Part shown: piece after piece, positions 45,885 to 55,283 of the stretch | How positions within the stretch are numbered: the stretch's first letter is position 1 | Layout: the number at the start of each line of letters is the position of its first letter | The notes under the pieces: generated by a model | What the model saw: only the letters and a program-made list of their open reading frames with translations | Databases searched by the model: none | Told to the model about the DNA's origin: nothing | Origin: Corallochytrium limacisporum Hawaii | Lineage: Eukaryota; Protista; Pluriformea | Assembly (NCBI GenBank): GCA_002811645.1 | Contig: PDIP01000030.1 | Span: 329,236-384,518, forward strand | Length of the DNA stretch: 55,283 nucleotides | Direction of reading: 5' to 3' | Program-made: the position numbers and the translations under genes

Positions 45885-48867
45885 ACAACGTGTGTGTGTT
45901 GTGGTGGACCCTGGGGCAATCAATCGATGGAGTGCTCTGCCCGCGCTGATTGTTAAGGTGGCTTTGTGTCATTTTTCTGGAGCTTGCTCCGAATTTATCT
46001 AAATCTTTTGGACGCAAATACCGTGCCATTTCGCATTGCCATTCGCGTGTCCATATCAAAATCTTTCCTTGGGCTTTGCAGGTTCAAAGCCCCCATTTAC
46101 TGCCATCATACGCTGGCCGCATGAATGCAACTCCACCTTCTCTAGTATTCTTTTTTTGAATAATAAACAAACGGCAACACTTTATGCCTTCGTCCACCAT
46201 TCAAAACTCTTCCCAACCGGATCCCACTTGGTTTTCTCACTTACTCTTTTCTTGTTACACTCTGTGAACCTGCTCTTGTCTCTTTGACTTCTTCAACCTC
46301 ACTCCTCCCTCTTGGCCAACTGAAAAGGCCGGTGATTCGTGATCCAAACGGCCTACATCACATACGACAATCTAATCTGTATAGCGGCAGTGCCGGGTCA
46401 CCTCCCGTGATATACGGACTCAATTCGGGGCCTAATTTCATTCCCTTCCCCTGCGCGGGAACAGATGGCCGGTGGTGTGCAGGCATGATATCAAATGTTA
46501 CTAAAAATAGTTTTATACGTCAATAAAGATGGATCACACCTTTGGGTAATGAAATTCACTGCAAAATCGGATAACCTCGTTGTGGTACTATTGCTATGAC
46601 CATCGAGATGTGACAGTATCAAGGGACCGAATTTCGAAAGGCCCAACTAAGGAACACATGGAGTTTTCCGTACGGCCCTGTAGCCAACGGAATAATAAAC
46701 CAGACTACGCACCACGGTCATCTTTATCGTGGTTTGCCATTCCATCTTTAGGCGTTACGAGTGCCCCAATTCCATACCGTCGGAAGCTTTTGGCCACTTT
46801 CAGAGTTTTGTGATCCTGGCAAGTGCCTTCGTCTGAGCATCACATCACAGTTTTTCTCCACACAAGCCGCCAGACCTTCATTCTCTGTGTGATTTGGTAC
46901 TTCGTCTTGTCGTGCAGAAGAAACCTCAGCGTGCAGGAGAACATTGGGCGACCAACAAACGTACAGAACATCGAAAAGGCCCAACTGCCACATCCCCGCC
47001 ATGACCGCCACCCACCAACCCCCGCCACCCCACCCCTTCAAATCCCTCGCCCCACCCGTGGTAGTCTGATCCCGTACAGAGTGCACGCTATCTACAGAAC
47101 ACCAAGCCGACTCGCTATCAGTGGTTGCCTGTGAGCGTCAGTGGTATACACCCCCTCAGATAAGCACGGTCTTAGAACACACCCCTCATGTCTTATCGTT
47201 TTGTGTGTAATGGGCATCCTGGGAGTGTGCAACAAGGTGCCATAACCCCCAATGGAGATGTCTCCGTATTGCGGGCGTAAGAATATCGACTAGTTAGCTC
47301 TGACTCCTTCAACCGAGTTCATATCCATACTTAGGACGTTGATAAACCGTCATGTGAAAGGTGGATACATTGCGCAAGATATGGGTCAGTACTGGACTTA
47401 TTACTTTTTGTCGGTAATACACACGGAATGGGACAATATACTGGCAGCGCCGTACTGTGTGTGCTCGACGTCCCGTTCTTGTTGTTTCGGCAGTGCAAAT
47501 TCTACAGCGGCCCTGATCTACAATCTACATGAGAAAAAATATACTTTTCAGATGGAACGAAAATACTGATTGAGATCGTTGGCCGCCTCAGGTGGACAGA
47601 AACCGGTCATTTACCAAAACGTGTGTCCAAAGAATCTAACTGTCCGTCAAGATTATGCAATTCACTCATTAGTCCGAGTTCCGCACATCGCATGTGTCTT
47701 GAATCAAAGCTTTCATGGGAACGATTATACCGTGTTTGAGCACTTTCTAGCTGATAAGTACGCATATCGTGCGTTTGACCTCAGGCAAGAACCATGATGA
47801 TGTCATGGCCAGCCAAAGTAACTTTGAAACCACCGCAAAGGAAACGGGAACAACTTGTCCGTTTCAAACAAAAGGTGTAAGCTCCGCTACATGAACATGT
47901 GTGAAATGAAGGAAGGACAGTTCCCAACGGATCAAACATGATCCCCAGACAAAACACAACCAAAAAATCAAAGAACCCACCAGGCAACCGCCGCGGGGTG
48001 TGTGGTACACTTTTTTTCTAGTGCCCGGACAAAGCAGCAAGGCGAACAGCGGAAGCAGATATCATAAACACTGTTTCCTTGAAGTCCCGGCAACTTCTAT
48101 ATGCCCGCAAAGAACAAAGGGCACTATCTATACAACGGAGCGCACCAGACCGTTGGACCATTGCGCCACTTTCCTCTCTCAAACCGACTGGTACACATAC
48201 ACTCTCAAGACAGTGGTACACAAGGAACATGCACAACCGTGGCAGCTCACATGCACCGATCGTAGTGCGCACCACCGTTCAAGTACTCTCGAAAGCCTCG
48301 AGGGAGAAGAAAAACATTCGCTCATCATTGCGGGATATGAGAAGAGGGTGCAAGATGGTGGAACGTTTCGGATTCTTCTCCTTGCATATAGAACTTTCTT
48401 ATACAAGGCCGTTAAAGCCAAAACCCTTCCCTGTCAACTGTCGTTTGAAGGCCAATGAGGATGCGATGATCATGCTCATTCATGGTTCACCGGATTTTCA
48501 TCAAGCACAGGTCCTTCCTCCCCGAAGGGGTTCTACGTTTTATTGATTATATTTGGTCAGAACGGCCCAGATTAGTGAGATTGTTCAGAACTAAAATTTA
48601 ATCAATAATTTTATGATCCATATGCGGAAGGTGGCGGTGGCAGGGTATTCTCACCGCCCGCCCATAGCCCCACTCCCACTGTCAACACTCACCATCAGAT
48701 TGTGAACCTTGGTATCTTTACAAATGCTAACACTTTCCATGTTTATGCGAAATGACATGTTTCAAGTGATTCATATGCTCGTCTATGAATATCGAGCTTT
48801 GTGTGTTCTCTGTGTCCGGCTGTGTCCGGCTATGTCGTATTTCAAAACTACTGACCTGACCGGCCAC

Positions 48868-51063
48868 TTAGACCCCGCCACCGCTGCGCTTGATGCTCCG
48901 CAGACCTCTTGAGATGGCCTCTTCGTGGTGGGAGGTGTCACCATCCATAGCTGCCAACTTCTTGCGAATGGTACCGATACGGCTGGAGGCAACGTTTCCG
49001 GCCTGGTGGGCATCCATAAAGGACAGAAACTCAGTCTCATCGACCTTGCCGTTGTGGTTCAGGTCGACCTCAGCTAAGAGTTCAGCGATGTCAGCATCAC
49101 TCATCTCCTCTTTGAGCTGATTCAAAACTTTACGCATGTCCTTGATGGTAATGCTACCATCGCCATCCACATCCATGCGAGCGAAGGCTCTGCGGTACTT
49201 GTCAATGTCTTCCGGAGACAAATTACCTGACGAAAAGCTGACGGCTTGGCGATGGCGCAGTCCCATGGTCTTCAGGAACTCAGCCGCCAATTCCTTCTCT
49301 TCTTGGATGCGCTTCTTATCCCAACCCAGTTCGGGGGCCATGATGGACACAATCGGTTCGATAGCAGCTTCGGCAGCTTGTGCATTGATGAAAGCGAGGC
49401 GAGTCCGCCGTGCCAGGATATCGACCAGGCGGTTGGCGTATTCCTTTCGCACACTGTACAGGACCTCTGCTTCAATATAAGGGTACTCAGGAACCAGGCG
49501 GGTACCGCAAACGGGCCAGCGCTTGCCAGTCATCTTGGCCATCGATGCAACCTCAAATGCCAGTGTACCGTACTCCCGACTCAGATGCTTTGCGACTTCC
49601 ATGTCTAGACCGTATTCCTGTATCAGCGCAATGAAATTGGTAGGTTCCCAGCCCTCACCACCTACCAACATCAGACCTTCGGTACGGGATGGCTTAGCAT
49701 GGGTCAATCCAGCGCTCTTCACAGCAGCATTCACGGCATCCGCGGCCATGGCACGATAAGTGGTCCACTTACCACCGGCAATGGTGATTAGACCGGATGG
49801 ACTCTCCGTTATTACGTGGTTCCGACTCAGGCTCTTGGTGTCCTTCGACTCAGGGTCAGTGACCAGAGGCCGAATACCTGCCCACACACTCAACACATCG
49901 CCACGGCGGACCTGCAGGGAGGGTGATAAATAACGCTTAATCTCTTCAAGGATGAAGATCACATCGCTCTCGTCTGCTTCGGGTTTGTCCTCAACTTCAC
50001 ACCTTGTGTCCGTGGTGCCGGCTACGGTTGCCTTCATCCACGGGAGGAAGAAAATAACCCGACCGTCGCTAGTGGCGGGGTCAAGCAAACCCATACCCCG
50101 AGGTGAGTAATAGTCTGGCAGTGTCAAATGTACACCAGCAGAGGGCATAACAATTTTGTGGATGTCGGGATCATCCATCTGACGCAGAATGTCAGTGAAT
50201 GGTCCCGCAGCAGTGATTACACACCTAGCCTTGACTGTGAATTGCTCTCCCGTGATATTGTCCCGTACGACTGCACCATTAACCTTGCCCTTCTCATCCT
50301 TGGTCAGCTGTATCACCTCAGTATAGTTGCTGACAGTCGACCCCTCGCGAGCCGCTGTCAGGGCGACGCTGACGTTCATGCGGGAGTCGTTGTGTTGTCC
50401 GTCGTAGTAAACCATTGCACCCACCAGGGAATCCGCCCGCAGGTGTGGAAAACGTTCCAGAGCGTAGCGCTTAGTTATGAAATAGCTACTTGGAACCCCT
50501 TTGTTACCGCTCAGGGACGCTACAAAGTCGTAGGCCTTCGATCCAGCCCAGAAATAAGGAACCTGATACCATTTGTAGATGGGAAGCATGATGGGTAGAG
50601 GATGGCTCAGATGGGGAGCAATGGCCAGCAGATTGGCACGTTCATGCAGAGCCTCCTTAACCAGAGCAAACTGGCCATAGTCCAGCCTCTCAAAGGCAGC
50701 CTGGAGGTAGCGCACTCCCCCGTGGATCAGTTTTGTGGAGCGGCTCGACGTGCCGCTACTGAAGTCTTCCCGTTCAACCAGTGCGCACGACAGGCCGCGA
50801 GTAGCCGCATCGACAGCAATCCCTGTACCAGTGGCACCACCACCAATCACCAAAATATCCCACACTTTCTCCTCATCCTTTAGCTTGGCTAGCTGCTCAT
50901 TGCGCGTAGGTACTTCAAGCTTCAAGTCCCGTAGCTCTGCCCGTGTCAGGTTGCTGCGCTCAAGGAGCAGATTTTCCTTGCTGACAGCGTAGGTCAACCA
51001 CCCACCGTAGCCAACAGCGGCACAAACCGCGACGGCACGCACGCCGCGGATGCGATTCATCAT
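48868..51063 (-). CDS. GPD2: Mitochondrial FAD-dependent glycerol-3-phosphate dehydrogenase with C-terminal EF-hands
   Basis: DILVIGGGATG, SSGTSSRSTKLIHGGVRYL, GGKWTTYR and ARRTRLAF. Two EF-hand loops (DVDGDGSITIKDM; DLNHNGKVDETEF) and C-terminal RSGGGV. Confidence 0.97.
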   Translation of the reverse strand: MMNRIRGVRAVAVCAAVGYGGWLTYAVSKENLLLERSNLTRAELRDLKLEVPTRNEQLAKLKDEEKVWDILVIGGGATGTGIAVDAATRGLSCALVEREDFSSGTSSRSTKLIHGGVRYLQAAFERLDYGQFALVKEALHERANLLAIAPHLSHPLPIMLPIYKWYQVPYFWAGSKAYDFVASLSGNKGVPSSYFITKRYALERFPHLRADSLVGAMVYYDGQHNDSRMNVSVALTAAREGSTVSNYTEVIQLTKDEKGKVNGAVVRDNITGEQFTVKARCVITAAGPFTDILRQMDDPDIHKIVMPSAGVHLTLPDYYSPRGMGLLDPATSDGRVIFFLPWMKATVAGTTDTRCEVEDKPEADESDVIFILEEIKRYLSPSLQVRRGDVLSVWAGIRPLVTDPESKDTKSLSRNHVITESPSGLITIAGGKWTTYRAMAADAVNAAVKSAGLTHAKPSRTEGLMLVGGEGWEPTNFIALIQEYGLDMEVAKHLSREYGTLAFEVASMAKMTGKRWPVCGTRLVPEYPYIEAEVLYSVRKEYANRLVDILARRTRLAFINAQAAEAAIEPIVSIMAPELGWDKKRIQEEKELAAEFLKTMGLRHRQAVSFSSGNLSPEDIDKYRRAFARMDVDGDGSITIKDMRKVLNQLKEEMSDADIAELLAEVDLNHNGKVDETEFLSFMDAHQAGNVASSRIGTIRKKLAAMDGDTSHHEEAISRGLRSIKRSGGGV

Positions 51064-51381
51064 TTGTCTTCAACACTTCAGTAGGGTTTGGAACCTAGTT
51101 TCCCATCCTAAGAAGCTCTGCTCCGTCTCTTCGCGTGGGGTTACTCCAGAGCAGTTCGAGACAAGACCCACAACCTCTTGAGTTCGATACATTCATAGTA
51201 ATGCTTCATTAATACCACAGTGAACCAAACAACCAAGGACTTGTACCAGTGTCCTAGACATGAAGCTCATGCAAATATTCCCCATAACTGCCCAACGCGC
51301 ACACACGTCCGTCCCGTTGCACCGAAGCCCGTCCCAAGAGGGGCTTGTCGTCCCACCAAACGGGGTCGTCGGTATGCCCGC

Positions 51382-51383
<2 letters not shown>

Positions 51384-51417
<34 letters not shown>

Positions 51418-51438
51418 ATACACACATACACATACACA
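51384..51438 (+). repeat. (CA)n microsatellite
   Basis: acacacacac... tract upstream of GPD2. Confidence 0.9.
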
Positions 51439-53253
51439 CCTCACCACCAACCTCCCCCGGGGGAGGGGGGGGGGAGGTTCACCTACCTCTCTCTCCAGCG
51501 AGAGAGCGAAATACTTTCGGTCCCTGCGTCTCTAAGCACACAGCTGTATAAACACCACCGAGGTGGGGTATCAGACGCCCGCCACTTCTTTTGTATAGAT
51601 CCTGACGTGTCTGACATGATAACTGGCTGGACGAACATGGTGTATGTCAGCGACTCTGCGAGCAGGGGAGAGTGGTGTAGACCACCTAAGTCACACAACA
51701 AAAAACGATAAAAAACAAAGTTGTCCATGATCGCGGTGTTGTGCTGTCGCGGTGTCGGTTGGTCCTTGGTTTATAAGTCACGTAAGCGCTCTCCTTGCGC
51801 GGCTCCTTTTGTTCGGAGAGCCCCCCCGCCGGTGGGGGTCCCAAGTTTCCAAGTCAGGACGTCAGTAACAGTGAGACCCGAGACGGTGGCCCCCGCGGCA
51901 CCCGCGCACACGGTGCAGCAACTGGCGATTTGTTAAGGGGCAAACACCCGAAGATTTAGTATTGAGCAACGCAAACCCGTGAAGACAAAAGAAGGGGGGG
52001 GGGGAGGTGGTTGTCCCCTCTCGCCCTCTGTCTCTCTCCAGAGAACTCTATCTCGTATCGGTTGTTTTACTTTTTATGCCAGAGGGGGTAAGAGAGAGAA
52101 AGAGAGATTGGGAGATGTGATGAAGGGACACGCGGGATGGACACCAAAAAAATGCTCCAGATCGCAGGGATGGATGAGAAAGGGGGTCAAGGGGTAAAGG
52201 GGAAACAGCGGGCAAACCCCTGGCCCCCGCCAGCCGACGTGTGTTTTGGAGATTATCTCCGCCTTTATTTTTTTTTTCATTTTTTTTGGTTGGTTTGCGG
52301 GAGGTGGGTATCAGGCCAGAGGGACCCCTGCCCCACCACAGCCGGGTATCCCTGCTCTGCAAAAGGGAATAAAAGAAATCAAATCACGTGAAACCTCGAA
52401 CCTCTCACTTCGGTTGCGAATGTATTGACTACCGCATCAAAACCCGGCCGTCTCACGGCAGATGCCGTAGACAGAGACAGAGAGAGAGAGAGAGAGGGAG
52501 GGGGAGAGAGTCTCCTGTCCGTGGCAGAACGGGCTCAGTGCCCCGTGTTTTGCTGCGCGCTCAAGTGTACGGTTTATGTCGACGGGTGCTCGACACATGC
52601 TTGCTCGCGTTTTCAATTTGTTGGTTCTATCTTTTCGGTGCTCGGGTATGTTTTCCTTCTCTTTTTCTTTCCTTTTATACTTTCCTTTGTTTTTTCTTTT
52701 TGGGTGCGCGCTTGGGTTGATAAAATTGGCGGGGGGCACCGGCGGGCTTCTTGGTCCGGCTGAAACTGTGGTAGGCGAGGGCGCGGCGGACCCTGAGGGA
52801 GAGAGTACCAGGCCGCCCCCCCTCCTCCCCCCCTCGTGTGGTGGTGCTTCACGGCGCCAGCAAAGGGGGGAACCTCTCTGAATTTAATATCCGGCTTATC
52901 GTGCATTTTGGTGGCCGAGAAGAGAAGAGGGAAGGAGGGGGGGGTTGGGCCGCCCTACCGGGCTAAAATGTGTGATCCGAGGTCCCGCGTTTGCAAGTAA
53001 AAACGGGAGCGGCTGTACATTTTGTTACGGCAGAAACTGTTTTGGCCAGCTGTGTGATGAAGTTGTAAAACGTCCGTATATTAGATAATCACATTTTGCC
53101 CATTGTCCATGGCTACCGGTGGATCAGGTGCGTGTACTTGGTCGCTATAGTTTGATGCGGGTATGCTTCTCTATACAAAATTGCTAAACTGTGATGACTT
53201 ATCCTTGACTATCAACATACAGAGGACATGTACAGGCAATGGTTGACGTTTGT

Positions 53254-54324
53254 TTATGCCTCCTTGGCAATGATCAAACCTTGCATCAGATCCACGGATG
53301 TGTTGTCTGGGTGCAGAGTAACTGTTTCTCCGCTGTCCAGCTTGGCTTCGAGGAAACCATCCTTGGTGATGCCCGTGATAGTGGACGGTACCTTTTGACC
53401 CTTTTGGTCCTTGATCTGGACCTTCTGGTTCGTGTGCATCCAACGTTGCATGTATGACTGGTTGAATTCCTTGAAACCAATGGAGTTCAGCATGACCATA
53501 TCATTCTCGAAGAAGCTGAGGAAACTCATGAGGATATCCTCCCGCGACATGTTTGTGCGCAGTTCCTTGTTGATGGCAGTAGTAGGCTGCTCGTTGTCCA
53601 CATCCAGTCCGATTCCGACAGCGACCTGGAAATGGTCCATCTGCTCGCGCCAGTCACTGTTGCAGATGATGCCACCGACCTTGGTATCACCGCAGTAGAT
53701 GTCATTAGGCCATTTCAATTTGAGCTTCACAGCTTTGTCGTAGCCAATGAGCGCTTCAATACCCTCCAACATGGCAATACCTGCCACATATTGAACAAAT
53801 ACAAGCCGCTCTGCCTTCGTCACACTGACCTTAATGGTGAACGCCAATTGACCTTCAGGAGTTTCCCAGCTGTTACCAGTCCGACCACGTCCCTTGGTCT
53901 GCTTGTCTGCGATACACAGTGTTCCCACTGGCAGTTCCTTAAACGTTTCAGCGACAATTTCCTGAGTAGAGTCCAAGGTGGGAGCATACAGAATGCAATC
54001 GCCGTGTGAGCGGGTGCTCAATTTTTGAGCAAACAAACTGAGCTTAAAGCCTCCGGGAACCAGCGGGTACTTGTCTTCGCCAAAGTCTTCCGCGTCGATC
54101 ACATTGAATTTTGCACCCTCTGCCGCATTGGTTGCATCAAAAAATCGCTCATGAGTGGGCTTATCCACAGGGATCTTGTAAAGAACGTGAAGGTCCGTTT
54201 TGTCAGACATGGCCCGTGCGCTAGCTGCAAAGAAACGTTGTGTCTGCTGATTTCTGAAAGTTCTCGCAGTTGAGGCTGCCGAAATGGTTCTAAGTAGCCG
54301 AGTGCTCGCCACTCTCAAGGTCAT
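53254..54324 (-). CDS. Biotin--protein ligase / holocarboxylase synthetase (short form) with putative mitochondrial presequence
   Basis: STQ, QTKGRGRTGNSW, KWPNDI, KVGGII and C-terminal SH3-like domain (ITGITKDGFLEA...LHPDNTSVDLMQGLI). Arg/Ser/Ala/Thr-rich N-terminal 38 aa with no acidic residues. Confidence 0.94.
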   Translation of the reverse strand: MTLRVASTRLLRTISAASTARTFRNQQTQRFFAASARAMSDKTDLHVLYKIPVDKPTHERFFDATNAAEGAKFNVIDAEDFGEDKYPLVPGGFKLSLFAQKLSTRSHGDCILYAPTLDSTQEIVAETFKELPVGTLCIADKQTKGRGRTGNSWETPEGQLAFTIKVSVTKAERLVFVQYVAGIAMLEGIEALIGYDKAVKLKLKWPNDIYCGDTKVGGIICNSDWREQMDHFQVAVGIGLDVDNEQPTTAINKELRTNMSREDILMSFLSFFENDMVMLNSIGFKEFNQSYMQRWMHTNQKVQIKDQKGQKVPSTITGITKDGFLEAKLDSGETVTLHPDNTSVDLMQGLIIAKEA

Positions 54325-55283
54325 CGAGAAACAAAGTCTAGACGACTTACAATGGCTGGTTGTACAGTCGAAAAGAGGTCATGTATCACCTCCAGTGAAA
54401 GGTATGTTGGGGTCGATATGTATGAAATATTCATCTGACGTTTGTACCAAATACCTCCATATCTCATCGCTCTTCGCACGATGCCACTCCCCTAAAAGCA
54501 TCGAGCCCAGGAGTTGTGCGCAAGCCGTTTCCAGTGGTCAGCAAAGGTATGGCTCACGACGTCTTGTACACCGATGGTCGAGAGTGTGTGTATTCGACCC
54601 AACCGAGCCGAAGCAAGGAATTGGCAGTGGAATGCACAGACAATAAGGGGGCCCACCCAGAGACATATCCGTCGGTGGGGCGTGGTGTGTGTGTGGTACT
54701 GGAGCCACGGTCCTTTGTCCAACGCTTTCGATATAACAATGCGACGGTGCGAGCAGCCACAAAGCACACTGGGAGAACGTTGAGCTGAATCTCCCCGCTG
54801 TAGGCGGGGGTAGTTTCAGTACAGACCAGCGGAGTATATTGCCACAACAATGGTCTCGGAATTGGGACGAAGGGCCCGTGGTCAGGAAGCAAAGTTTTTT
54901 GGCCCCCCCCCCCCCAACCTTCCCTTTGCGCTTCTGTTTTATCAAAGCCATTTTGTGGCCCGCCTACACCGGACCGACGCTTTGCCCGGAGGGGGGTTCT
55001 AAAAATACTAAGAGCCGCAAAAGGCTACTACTGGGGATTTCGGTACATTCAGTATGGAAACAGGGGCCACAACGGCGGTATTTTATATACCGCTCGGTCC
55101 GCATAAACAACTAGGTAGATAACCAGCCTAGAATATATCATTCGTAGACTATATAATATACCGACAGTTATGAAATTGCGTAGGGGTCGTCCGAACGCGA
55201 AGCTGCTCATCCCCACTATTTTCTGTGGGCGGTACCACCCTCTGTCTGGGAATATTGTATCAAATCTACTCTTTTTGATTTAG

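Noticed and set aside
44220-45923. 567-aa antisense ORF over the secreted protein (also 309-aa and 300-aa antisense ORFs over G-alpha and HYOU1)
   Set aside because: These are shadow ORFs caused by strong codon bias on the coding strand and show no recognisable motifs.
1-55283. tRNA, rRNA or snRNA genes
   Set aside because: No cloverleaf or conserved rRNA/snRNA signature recognised by eye. A tRNAscan-SE/Rfam run is needed to exclude them.

Overview
Eukaryotic genomic scaffold with five N-gaps, microsatellites and G/C-run-rich intergenic DNA. It carries 12 apparently intronless protein-coding genes: a GT31 galactosyltransferase, an FAD/NAD(P)-binding oxidoreductase, a LIN-7-like L27+PDZ protein, uracil-DNA glycosylase, HYOU1/GRP170, a Gi/o-class G-alpha, an MFS transporter, an SLC19 (thiamine/reduced-folate carrier) transporter, an Artemis-like beta-CASP nuclease, a secreted Cys-repeat/GH114-like protein, EF-hand GPD2 and biotin-protein ligase. 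Animal-like gene content without coding introns suggests an intron-poor unicellular holozoan (inference, not verified). The standout feature is a tandem array of 5-6 (possibly more; a gap interrupts it) canonical-looking TPP riboswitch aptamers on the minus strand. It begins 43 nt after the SLC19 stop codon and spans about 1.1 kb of the putative 3' UTR. Aptamer cores are near-invariant while spacers are diverged, and the spacers retain short conserved motifs that could form an expression platform.
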